Source of the DNA: an uncultured Gammaproteobacteria bacterium | GTDB lineage: Bacteria > Pseudomonadota > Gammaproteobacteria > Eutrophobiales > Eutrophobiaceae | Direction of reading: 5' to 3' | NCBI GenBank assembly: GCA_943788815.1 | Contig: CALSRS010000003.1 | Coordinates: forward strand, 2,588-66,587 | DNA: 64,000 bases | Shown: piece by piece, positions 37,937-47,448 of the stretch | Numbering within the stretch: position 1 is the first letter of the stretch | Layout: every line of letters starts with the position of its first letter | Program-made: the position numbers and the translations under genes | Notes under the pieces: model-generated | Database searches by the model: none | What the model was told of the DNA's origin: nothing | What the model saw: only the letters and a program-made list of their open reading frames with translations

Positions 37937-39076
37937 TTGAATAAATCATTGAATATAGTATTTATCTCACCTGGAGGCGTGGACAGGAGTGGTCAATACA
38001 AGGTAATACCGCATATATTATGGATGCTTGAGAAGTTGACAGTTAAACATAAGGTTACTGTTATAAGCCTTTATCAGTATGAACAAGCTTGCGAATACAC
38101 ATTGTGTGGAGCCAGGATTATTTCACCTGGAAAGATCAGGCAGGACTGGAATAATTTTCAGGATCCGCAAAGTGCCCTCAAGGAAATGTATGAGAAAACT
38201 CTGGATATAGTAAGCTCGGAAGGGACGCCGGATATACTCCATGGGTTTTGGGGATTTCATGCCGGTTGGCTTGCATCAAGGATTGCATTGTCAATGAAAA
38301 TACCGTCAGTTGTGAGCCTGATGGGAGCAGAATTCGTTGCATTTCCTGAGATAAAATATGGCGGTCAATTCCATACTAACCAGAAAATGATATTGAATGA
38401 TACTTTGAAGCAGGCAACTTCGTTTACTGTTGCCAGCCATCACATGGAAGTCCATGCCAGTGAGTTTGGTGTGTCGGCCGAATATATACCATTCGGTGTA
38501 CACGGTTCATGTTTTAAACCCAACAAATCTCCTGCACAGCCCCCGTGGAAACTGTTACATGTGGCCAGTATCAATCGAATTAAGGACCAGGCGACTTTAT
38601 TAAAGGCATTCAGGAGGGTGGTAGATCGTATACCAGCTGTACACCTGGATATAGTTGGGGAAGATACACTGAATGGGGAGTTGCAAAATTTAACAGATGA
38701 ATTGGACATGGAAAATCATGTTACTTTTCATGGTTATCTTCCGAATAATGAGGTGCGTATATTTTTTCAAAATGCAAATATCTATTTAGTATCATCCTTG
38801 AATGAAACCGGGCCAATTTCAATGTTGGAAGCTGCGGCCTGTCGTGTGCCGACAGTTGGAACTGAAGTAGGATATGTTGCCGATTGGACAGATAAGCGGG
38901 CCCTTGCGGCAGAGATAGGTAATAGTCAAGATCTTGCTGAAAAAATAATTTTTCTGCTTAAAAATAATCAAAAAAGAAAAGAATTGGGGGAGGCTGCTTA
39001 CAACTGGGTTAGAGAATATGACTCTAGCTGGACAACGAACAAGTTACTGGAAACATACAAATCACTTATGTACTAA
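37937..39076 (+). CDS. GT4-family glycosyltransferase
   Basis: It has a TTG start and the C-terminal signature ETGPISMLEAAACRVPTVGTEVG. Length is 379 aa. Confidence 0.7.
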   Translation: MNKSLNIVFISPGGVDRSGQYKVIPHILWMLEKLTVKHKVTVISLYQYEQACEYTLCGARIISPGKIRQDWNNFQDPQSALKEMYEKTLDIVSSEGTPDILHGFWGFHAGWLASRIALSMKIPSVVSLMGAEFVAFPEIKYGGQFHTNQKMILNDTLKQATSFTVASHHMEVHASEFGVSAEYIPFGVHGSCFKPNKSPAQPPWKLLHVASINRIKDQATLLKAFRRVVDRIPAVHLDIVGEDTLNGELQNLTDELDMENHVTFHGYLPNNEVRIFFQNANIYLVSSLNETGPISMLEAAACRVPTVGTEVGYVADWTDKRALAAEIGNSQDLAEKIIFLLKNNQKRKELGEAAYNWVREYDSSWTTNKLLETYKSLMY

Positions 39077-39207
39077 CATAATGAAAATCAAAATCGTTCT
39101 TGTTCTAATAGAACCACAACCAAAATTGTCTTAATTAGTTTAGTTTGTAGCTATAATTAAATTTAAATGTGAGAATTGAATATTTTTCCTGTAAATATAA
39201 TTAAAAA

Positions 39208-40134
39208 ATGAAAAAAATTATCCAAACATCAGAGATTTTCTTGTTGATGATATTTGTTATAACCATAACATTTTCGAATATGCTCCATGCACAGGAAAAA
39301 AATTATATTGGAACGCAAGTCTGTTCCACTTGCCATAATGATCTCTCCAATCACTGGTCGCACACGCTTCATGCAAAAATATTCCTTAATAATCCAAGGA
39401 ATGAAATTGAAGCTCGAGGTTGTGAGTCTTGTCATGGCCCAGGTTCTCAACATTTGGCTGACCCCACTGTGTCCGAGAGTATTATCCGATTTACATCAAA
39501 TTCAAATAGCTCCGTTGGAGTCCAGAACCAGGCCTGTCTGCAGTGTCATACTGGTGGTGATCGTATGCACTGGATGAGTTCTGTCCATGAAAGTAACGAC
39601 ATCGCCTGCGCAGATTGTCACAATCCTATGGCCAATTATTCCACAGTGAATTTATTGTCAAAAAATAATGTTAATGAAACATGTTTTACTTGCCATAAAG
39701 AGCAACGCAGCCAGTTTAACCGTCGGTCGCATATGCCACTAAATGAGGGAAAAATATCCTGCACTAATTGTCATAATCCACATGGTAGTATTTCAGACAG
39801 TCTCTTGATTGCCGATACTGTCAATCAGACCTGTTTTCAATGCCATGCAGAAAAACGCGGACCATTTCTGTTCGAACATGCTCCTGTGACGGACAGTTGT
39901 GTTAATTGTCATGAACCCCATGGTTCAAACCATGAAAAATTATTGCTTACGGCCCGACCAATGTTATGTCAGCAATGTCATACCTCTATTGGGCATATGA
40001 ATGATCTTTTTACGCGTGGGAATCTTGCAACGGGCAGCCGTCCAGATGCACGATTAATAGGAAGAAGCTGTCAGAATTGCCACTCCCAGATACATGGTTC
40101 AAATCATCCTGGCGGAGCTAAATTTCAAAGATAG
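39208..40134 (+). CDS. periplasmic decaheme c-type cytochrome, MtrA/DmsE/PioA/MtoA family
   Basis: It has a signal peptide and exactly ten CxxCH motifs (CSTCH, CESCH, CLQCH, CADCH, CFTCH, CTNCH, CFQCH, CVNCH, CQQCH, CQNCH). The C-terminal CQNCHSQIHGSNHPGG is typical of the family. Length is 308 aa. Confidence 0.9.
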   Translation: MKKIIQTSEIFLLMIFVITITFSNMLHAQEKNYIGTQVCSTCHNDLSNHWSHTLHAKIFLNNPRNEIEARGCESCHGPGSQHLADPTVSESIIRFTSNSNSSVGVQNQACLQCHTGGDRMHWMSSVHESNDIACADCHNPMANYSTVNLLSKNNVNETCFTCHKEQRSQFNRRSHMPLNEGKISCTNCHNPHGSISDSLLIADTVNQTCFQCHAEKRGPFLFEHAPVTDSCVNCHEPHGSNHEKLLLTARPMLCQQCHTSIGHMNDLFTRGNLATGSRPDARLIGRSCQNCHSQIHGSNHPGGAKFQR

Positions 40135-40161
40135 TCATTTTATAATATTGTTACTAAAGCG

Positions 40162-42651
40162 ATGAAAATAAGTTCACTGAAACAGGTTTGCTCTATAGGG
40201 TTTATTATGACCGTTGTATTTTTGGCTGAAAACGTACGAGCAGCTGAAATTTCACAAAATACAAACCAGCTGAATTCTAAAGCAATATCTGAAGGTTTTG
40301 CTATTTCCAAAGAAGACTTTAACAGATTCCAGGACAGGTTAAGATCTCCTAGTGGATTTCTCTATCCTGATGTTTTACAACCTGCACCACTAAAACCTAT
40401 TGCTAATGGTGATTGGTCTTACTCACTCTCTATGGATGCCGGCTATTTGCTAGTTGCTGGAGAAGAGAATTCTTCCCTGTTCGCAGAATATGGTGACTGG
40501 AATGATGGATTTTTACTTCGACAATTTTCAGGAGTGATTGAAAATTCTCAAACAGCGCAATACATGAAATTAAGTGGAGGTAGTATTGGCAGGAATGATC
40601 AGTACCTGAATTTTTCTTCGGGTAAATATGGCAAATATAATCTGTCAGTCGCATTTGACTCTGTCCCCCATGTTTTTTCAAATGACGCAAAAGTCCTTTG
40701 GGAGGGTGTTGGTAGGAATGTCCTGACATTGCCAGGTGGCCTGACCCCGGGAAATAGCACTGCAGCTGAAGTGATTACTGCTTTTCAACTTATCCAGGGC
40801 TCTGAAATAAAACTGGATAGAGACAAACTCAGCGTAAATTTTGATATTGACTACCTGCCTACATTGAATTTCCATGCAAAAGGTTCAGTAGAATGGAGAG
40901 AGGGCGGCAGACCCTTTGGTGGTGGATTTACATACCCGGGTTCGGGGCAGGTGACGGAAGTTATCGAGCCTGTTGATTATACAACTTATGATATTAATCT
41001 GGGATTTTCTTACAGTAATACACACAGGCAACTGAATTTTTCATATTCAGGCTCGTTTTTTGAAAACAGCTACAGTGCATTGACATGGGAAAATCCTGGG
41101 CTTACCCCGTTTCCAGCATTCGCCCCTAGTCGAGGACGCTATGCGCTTGCGCCAGATAATGAATATCATCATTTTCGCATTGACTTTGCGACATTATTCC
41201 CATTCTGGAATAGCAGGTTTACACTGGTTTCGTCGTATTCCATATCCCGTCAGAATGATCTTCTTGTCCCACCAACTGTGAGCACAGGTATCATAAACAG
41301 TGGCCCCGACACAATTGATCTTGACCAGTGGAATTCCGTGGCAGCACTTTCAAGTGAGAGAGCTGGTGCTGAAGTACGAGACCTCATGGTTCATTCCAGG
41401 ATGATTCTGAATCCTGTAAACAAACTAAGATTAAACGCTGAATTAAAAATTCACGACAAGGACAACAGAACTGACTACACGGCATTAAACCCCTTTACTG
41501 GACAGTATGGTTATCTTGTTATGGACGGTGGTCTGGATGCTTTGGCAGCTTCACTTTCAGGAATCTATAATCCTTTGCGGCGAGGCAGTCGGGTGCGTTT
41601 TAAAAACATTCCGTTTGAGAAGGATATTTTTCTCATAGCGACTGGTGTGGATTATAGATTTACAGGAAAATTAAAAATGGACCTGGATTATACCAGGGAA
41701 CAGCAGGATTTTAGCCACAGGGAAGTTGATAAATTGGTTGAAGACAGGATTGACATTAAGTTGGTTTATCGTAGCCGACAATTTGGCACACTTAGAACGG
41801 CATATGAATTTAGTAGCAGGGACAGTGATAATTATAACTTTAACCCCTATGAACAATTTTATACTTCTTCATTACCGGACCATATACCGCGATTCACAGA
41901 AGGGAATGACCCGCATACCTTGGCAAATTTAAGAAAGTATGACCTTGCAAGCAGGGACAGACATGCAATTACAGGTAAATTTATTTCCATTATTGCTGAT
42001 AATATTGATCTTACCTTGACTGGGAAATATTCAAATGAAGACTTTGATGCTGAGTACGGTCTGAAAGACAAGAATTCTTTTTCTGCCAATGTGGATCTGA
42101 ATTTTTATCTTGGGTTGAATAAAAGCATCTACGCCTTTTATTCTTTTCAATCGGCCAAGCGATCATTTAGCAATATAAACGATGCTGGGGCAGTTTCTGC
42201 GGTTTCTGAGGCAGGAGGCCCTAGATTTCCCCTTGATCGCGCTTGGCACGAAAGTACAAAAGAAACAAATAATAATTTCGGGGCAGGATTTAACTATGCA
42301 ATTAACAGCATTACGTTTAATGCTAGCTATACGTATGCTAAATCAAGATCCAGGTTTCATTATGATTATAACTCAACAGCTGCATTCAATAATACTTTTA
42401 CTGAGCAGGAAGTCGGAAGTGGATTCCCGGATCAGGTTTATAGTAATCATCAACTGGAAGCGGAAATTAACTGGTCAGTTAATGAAAAAACCAGCCTGAA
42501 TTTTTTATACAAATATGAAGCAGAGAATATAAACGACTTCCACTATCAGGGTTTGGTAGATTCTGTCATTAGCGATTCAATTTTTTTGCTTACTGTTCCT
42601 GATAACTTCAAAAATCATGTTATTGGGATAACAATTGAATATAATTTTTAA
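40162..42651 (+). CDS. MtrB/PioB-family decaheme-associated outer-membrane beta-barrel
   Basis: The 829-aa protein has a signal peptide and alternating beta-strand-like sequence, and it ends in an aromatic residue (EYNF). Its N-terminal region FAEYGDWNDGF...GKYGKYNLSVAFDSVPH resembles the MtrB/PioB family. It lies immediately downstream of the decaheme gene. Confidence 0.7.
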   Translation: MKISSLKQVCSIGFIMTVVFLAENVRAAEISQNTNQLNSKAISEGFAISKEDFNRFQDRLRSPSGFLYPDVLQPAPLKPIANGDWSYSLSMDAGYLLVAGEENSSLFAEYGDWNDGFLLRQFSGVIENSQTAQYMKLSGGSIGRNDQYLNFSSGKYGKYNLSVAFDSVPHVFSNDAKVLWEGVGRNVLTLPGGLTPGNSTAAEVITAFQLIQGSEIKLDRDKLSVNFDIDYLPTLNFHAKGSVEWREGGRPFGGGFTYPGSGQVTEVIEPVDYTTYDINLGFSYSNTHRQLNFSYSGSFFENSYSALTWENPGLTPFPAFAPSRGRYALAPDNEYHHFRIDFATLFPFWNSRFTLVSSYSISRQNDLLVPPTVSTGIINSGPDTIDLDQWNSVAALSSERAGAEVRDLMVHSRMILNPVNKLRLNAELKIHDKDNRTDYTALNPFTGQYGYLVMDGGLDALAASLSGIYNPLRRGSRVRFKNIPFEKDIFLIATGVDYRFTGKLKMDLDYTREQQDFSHREVDKLVEDRIDIKLVYRSRQFGTLRTAYEFSSRDSDNYNFNPYEQFYTSSLPDHIPRFTEGNDPHTLANLRKYDLASRDRHAITGKFISIIADNIDLTLTGKYSNEDFDAEYGLKDKNSFSANVDLNFYLGLNKSIYAFYSFQSAKRSFSNINDAGAVSAVSEAGGPRFPLDRAWHESTKETNNNFGAGFNYAINSITFNASYTYAKSRSRFHYDYNSTAAFNNTFTEQEVGSGFPDQVYSNHQLEAEINWSVNEKTSLNFLYKYEAENINDFHYQGLVDSVISDSIFLLTVPDNFKNHVIGITIEYNF

Positions 42652-42682
42652 CTAAAATATTAATATAAAATTAATCTAATTC

Positions 42683-43600
42683 ATGATGGAGAGAAATTAT
42701 TTATCTATTATTGTTATTTGCTTTAATATGAGACGTGAAGCGCCGAGAACAATTTATTCATTGTCGAAAAAATTTCAAAAAAGAATACGTCTTGAAGATT
42801 ATGAGATAATCGTTATAGATAATGATTCCACTGAACCTCTGGAAAAAAATGAAATAGAAAATATCGGGTCAAATATTTCATATTATTTTTATAACTCAGG
42901 TTCTCAATCACCAGTAGGTGCCATAAATTATGGTGTTGAAAAAGCCAAAGGTGAATACATTGGTATATTAATTGATGGTGCTCGCATTATGAGTCCAATG
43001 ATTCTTAATTGGGCGTTATATGCTTTGCAGACAATTAACAATCCATTTATTTCAACATTAAGTTGGCATTTGGGACATGAGCAACAATTTATTTCAGTCC
43101 CAAAGGGATATACGAAACAGCATGAAGATAAATTATTGGAAGAAATAGACTGGAAGAATAACGGCTATAATTTATTTTCTATTTCATCTTTTGCAGGATC
43201 ATCGAAACCTGGTTTTTTTCAATCTGTATCAGAAAGTAACGCAATATTTCTTGATAAATCCCTTTACTATGAGATTGGCGGTTATGACATCTGTTTTGAT
43301 TTGCCTGGTGGTGGATATTGTAATTTAGATTTTTATAAGAGAGCTTGTGAGTATCCTGATGTAACTCATGTCATATTGCTGGGTGAAGGGACATTTCATC
43401 AGTATCATGGAGGAATTACGACAAGCAGTAGAGATAAATATGTAATTAATTTACTTAAAGAGTATGAATTACAGTATTCTCAAATTAGAAAAGAATCTTT
43501 TGTAAGTCCAAAAAGCAAGCCTGTATATATAGGCATTATTCCAGACAGTATTCTGCCATTTATACAGGACTCGATCACCAAGGCTACGGACAAGCATTAA
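42683..43600 (+). CDS. GT2-family glycosyltransferase
   Basis: LSIIVICFN and YEIIVIDNDS form the GT-A N-terminal signature. Length is 305 aa. Confidence 0.7.
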   Translation: MMERNYLSIIVICFNMRREAPRTIYSLSKKFQKRIRLEDYEIIVIDNDSTEPLEKNEIENIGSNISYYFYNSGSQSPVGAINYGVEKAKGEYIGILIDGARIMSPMILNWALYALQTINNPFISTLSWHLGHEQQFISVPKGYTKQHEDKLLEEIDWKNNGYNLFSISSFAGSSKPGFFQSVSESNAIFLDKSLYYEIGGYDICFDLPGGGYCNLDFYKRACEYPDVTHVILLGEGTFHQYHGGITTSSRDKYVINLLKEYELQYSQIRKESFVSPKSKPVYIGIIPDSILPFIQDSITKATDKH

Positions 43601-43638
43601 ACTGTAAATTAGTGTAATTATTAATATCAGTTCAAATT

Positions 43639-44880
43639 ATGGATAACTTCAAAGTTAAAAAAATATCACCGGCTGGAGAATTAATTTTATTGAGCAGTAG
43701 AAATACTATAGATTCTGCCAGTAAGAGAAAAATTAAGGAATTGTTAGGAGAGAATTTGGATTGGAATTTTATTAAGGATCTGGCAATTCGAAATAAAATT
43801 ATTCATCTTTTGTGTAATACGCTAAAAAATAATTTTCAAAGTGAAATTGATGAAGAAGTTTATACACAGATCTCTGATGAAGTAAGCGTTCATGTATCGA
43901 GCAATAAAGATGCCCTTAACCTATTATTTGATGTAAACCAATTATTAAGTTCAGAAGATATTCCCGTAATTATTTTTAAAGGTCTAGTTTTCTCTTATCT
44001 AGTTTATGATTCCAGCACTTACCGTTGTCAAGGGGATATAGATTTACTTGTGAGACCAGAAGATTTTCTAAAAGCCAGGGATATACTTATACGAAATGGT
44101 TTTATAAGTACATATTTTGGTCATGCAGAAGTATCAACTGTACAAGCCCAATTAGGTAGAACTGACAAACGTGCCAGTGTCGATTTGCACTATGGATTGA
44201 CACCTCAGTATCAGCAGACAAATATGAATGAGGCAATGAATGGGAGTAAATTTGATCGTCATTTGAGTAATACACATGATAAAAGTAAAACAAGGTGGTT
44301 TTGCTATCTGGAAACAGCCCCGGTATGGGAACGGGCAATTGAAATTAAGTTGGAAGACGAAACAATAAAAACGCTTTCTCCAGAAGATACACTGCTAGTA
44401 GCAGTTATACACGGTTTAAAGGAAAACTGGAGAACATTAAGTAGGATAAGTGATATTGCAGCAATTATTACTAAATATAAAAATTTAAACTGGGCGTTAA
44501 TTCAAGAAGCGGTGGCTAATTTAAACTACAGGAAAAAATTTTTTCTAACACTAAGATTAGCGCGTGAAATTTATGATATTAATTTGCCGGATGAGATTTT
44601 GAGATGTACTTATTTACATGGTTCGGAATACTTAGCAAAACTTATAATTTACCGTTTCACGATTAAAAATTATTTAGCTGACTTTGAAGAATCTCGGCGA
44701 ATAGCAGCTGCAATGACAATGGATAATCCGGTGGATTTTTTCAGGTATTTGATATACGTATATAACACGCCAAACGGACCATTTAATGAGCAGATTACAA
44801 AAAATAACTTTCCAGGTTTTATGCTCATACTTACACGACATTACATAAATTCAATTTATTTGAGGCTTACTGGAAAATAA
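43639..44880 (+). CDS. uncharacterised nucleotidyltransferase-family protein (NTP_transf_5-like)
   Basis: The motif CQGDIDLLVRPEDFLKARDIL and a length of 413 aa match this family by recall. Confidence 0.55.
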   Translation: MDNFKVKKISPAGELILLSSRNTIDSASKRKIKELLGENLDWNFIKDLAIRNKIIHLLCNTLKNNFQSEIDEEVYTQISDEVSVHVSSNKDALNLLFDVNQLLSSEDIPVIIFKGLVFSYLVYDSSTYRCQGDIDLLVRPEDFLKARDILIRNGFISTYFGHAEVSTVQAQLGRTDKRASVDLHYGLTPQYQQTNMNEAMNGSKFDRHLSNTHDKSKTRWFCYLETAPVWERAIEIKLEDETIKTLSPEDTLLVAVIHGLKENWRTLSRISDIAAIITKYKNLNWALIQEAVANLNYRKKFFLTLRLAREIYDINLPDEILRCTYLHGSEYLAKLIIYRFTIKNYLADFEESRRIAAAMTMDNPVDFFRYLIYVYNTPNGPFNEQITKNNFPGFMLILTRHYINSIYLRLTGK

Positions 44881-45027
44881 AGGCACAAATAACCGGTAGT
44901 TTTACTTCCAATATATTGTTTTTATATGTATTTGCTGGTGTAGGTAATAGATCTTATACTTTGAACCATCCAGTTTTTCATAATTCTTGAGACTCTAGAT
45001 GGGTCTTGCAGGTGGGGATAGTTTTTT

Positions 45028-47448
45028 ATGATTAGAATTAAATTAGCCTGGTCAATGACCATTCTTTTGTTTTTTAGTATGTTTTGTCAGGCTCAGGACA
45101 ACTCCAGTAATGACGCTACCCGGTTTTCCGAGGTAGTAAATCAGTATTGTGTTACCTGCCATAATGATGCTTTGCGTACTGCAGGCTTTTCTCTACAGCA
45201 CGCAGATCTCAATAATATGGGAGAGCATGCGGAAACCTGGGAAAAGGTTTTGCGTAAGATCAAGGTCAGGACCATGCCGCCATCAGGTATGCCCAGGCCG
45301 GACATAGATACCTATGATGCCTTTGCCAACTACCTCACCAACAGTCTTGATAGCCATGCTGCAAATAATCCTCGGCCTGGTGTCGCAGCTATCCGACGTT
45401 TGAATCGTACCGAGTACTTCAATGCCATTCGTGATCTTCTGGCGGTTGAGATTAATGACAGTACTATCTTGCCTGCCGATGACACCATGTTTGGATTTGA
45501 TAATGTGGGTGCGGTATTGACTTTATCCCCAGCGTTGACGGAACAGTATATTACTGCTGCACGTAAGATTCGTTACCAGGCCCTGGGCCATCCCGATATG
45601 CCAGCAGAATTTTTTACCTACAACACCCCCAGGTATTTAATGCAGGAAGACTGGGTAAGTGAAGACCTGCCCTTTGGATCACGCGGTGGAATGGTCATAC
45701 AGCATCACTTCCCAATGGACGGGGAATATATCCTACAGATCCGGTTACAGAAAAACTCCAGAGACTACATACGTGGTTTGGTTCATATTCCTCACGATAT
45801 TGATGTGCGTCTGGATGATAAACAGATTGCCAGATTAACGGTTGGTGGAGAAAAATTTGGAAATTCCTCCGGGATGTATTCTTCCAGCGCGCAGGGACAT
45901 CCGGATCAGGAACAATATGAACGTAACAGCGATCAATCACTGGAGGTGCGATTTAATGCCAAGGCAGGCACGAGAAAAATCTCCGTTGCCTTTCTGAAAA
46001 AACTGGCCTTGCCCGAAGAGCCTTCATACAGTCGGATGTCCATTATTGATTATGCCCAGCTCAAGGCCGGCGTCCCTGGAATCGGTGCAGTCAGGATAGG
46101 TGGCCCTTATAACGCCACAGTTTCAAAAGAATCTGTCACCCGTAAAAAAATATACGTTTGTGAGCCTCGAAATGACAGGGACACTAAATGCGCTGAAGAA
46201 ATTATTTCTAATCTGGGTAGGCTGGCTTACCGTCGTACACTAACGGATACCGAGCTGGATGGTCTTATGGAGTTTTATCAACAAGGTAGACGGAACGGCG
46301 GGTTTGATGAGGGTATAGGTCTCGCCATGGAACGAATCCTTGCGGGACCGAAATTCCTGTTCGTGACTGAGCAGGCGCCCAAAAATGTAAAATCAGATGA
46401 GGTCTTTGCCGTATCTGATCTGGAACTGGCTACCCGTCTGGCATTGTTTCTATGGAGCTCAGTACCAGACGATGAGTTGCTGTTAATTGCTGAGTCTGGA
46501 CAGCTTCGTAATCAAGCGGTTCTCAAACAGCAGATTCAACGCATGTTGGCAGATACTCGTTCGCGGACACTGGTGAATAATTTTGCTGCACAGTGGCTCA
46601 ATCTCGGTCGCTTGAATGCGTCAGCACCAAACGGTGAAATTTTTCCTTACTTTGACGATAATCTCAGGCAGGCATTTCGAGAAGAAACCGAGTTGTTTTT
46701 TGAGTATGTCTTCCGTAACGACAGGCCGCTACTGGAATTGCTCGATGCAGATTACACGTTTGTTAATGAGCGTCTGGCCAAACATTACGGGATCCCAGAT
46801 GTATTTGGTAATCATTTTCGTATGGTAAAACTTGGTGATGGAACACGTGGTGGATTATTGGGACAAGGTAGCATCCTGACAGTGACTTCCTATGGAAACC
46901 GCACCGCGCCGACCATACGTGGTAAATGGATCCTGGAAAATATTCTCGGTGCGCCACCACCACCGCCACCCGCCGATGTGCCGGGACTACGAGATAAAAA
47001 CGATGAAGGTAAGGTCTTAAATATGCGTCAGCAAATGGAACAACACCGGGAGAATCCGGTCTGCGCCAGTTGCCATAAGGTCATGGACCCCCTGGGGTTT
47101 GCCCTGGAAAATTATGATGCCATAGGTAGATGGCGTACAGTAGATGCGGCATCAAGCGAAGCCATTGATGCCAGTGGTGCGTTGCCTGACGGCACACCAT
47201 TTGAAGGTCTGAGTGGGTTGCGCCAGGTCTTATTGGATAAAAGGCAGTATGACTTTAGTATGACGGTCATAGAAAAGATGCTGACCTATGCATTGGGTCG
47301 TGGCATAGAACATTCAGATGCACCAGCTATGCGTGCTATTATGAGGCAATCAGAATCCAACAACTACCGGTTATCTTCTATAATTATAGCAGTAATTGAG
47401 AGCTTACCGTTTCAGATGAGGAGGGCACCTAACCATGATGATCTTTAA
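45028..47448 (+). CDS. DUF1592/DUF1595/DUF1588/DUF1585-type multidomain protein with an N-terminal heme-binding motif
   Basis: It has a signal peptide and a CVTCH motif. It also shows LGRLAYRR..TD.EL, LATRLALFLWSSVPDDELL, NFAAQWLNL and CASCHKVMDPLGFALENYDAIGRWR. Confidence 0.8.
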   Translation: MIRIKLAWSMTILLFFSMFCQAQDNSSNDATRFSEVVNQYCVTCHNDALRTAGFSLQHADLNNMGEHAETWEKVLRKIKVRTMPPSGMPRPDIDTYDAFANYLTNSLDSHAANNPRPGVAAIRRLNRTEYFNAIRDLLAVEINDSTILPADDTMFGFDNVGAVLTLSPALTEQYITAARKIRYQALGHPDMPAEFFTYNTPRYLMQEDWVSEDLPFGSRGGMVIQHHFPMDGEYILQIRLQKNSRDYIRGLVHIPHDIDVRLDDKQIARLTVGGEKFGNSSGMYSSSAQGHPDQEQYERNSDQSLEVRFNAKAGTRKISVAFLKKLALPEEPSYSRMSIIDYAQLKAGVPGIGAVRIGGPYNATVSKESVTRKKIYVCEPRNDRDTKCAEEIISNLGRLAYRRTLTDTELDGLMEFYQQGRRNGGFDEGIGLAMERILAGPKFLFVTEQAPKNVKSDEVFAVSDLELATRLALFLWSSVPDDELLLIAESGQLRNQAVLKQQIQRMLADTRSRTLVNNFAAQWLNLGRLNASAPNGEIFPYFDDNLRQAFREETELFFEYVFRNDRPLLELLDADYTFVNERLAKHYGIPDVFGNHFRMVKLGDGTRGGLLGQGSILTVTSYGNRTAPTIRGKWILENILGAPPPPPPADVPGLRDKNDEGKVLNMRQQMEQHRENPVCASCHKVMDPLGFALENYDAIGRWRTVDAASSEAIDASGALPDGTPFEGLSGLRQVLLDKRQYDFSMTVIEKMLTYALGRGIEHSDAPAMRAIMRQSESNNYRLSSIIIAVIESLPFQMRRAPNHDDL

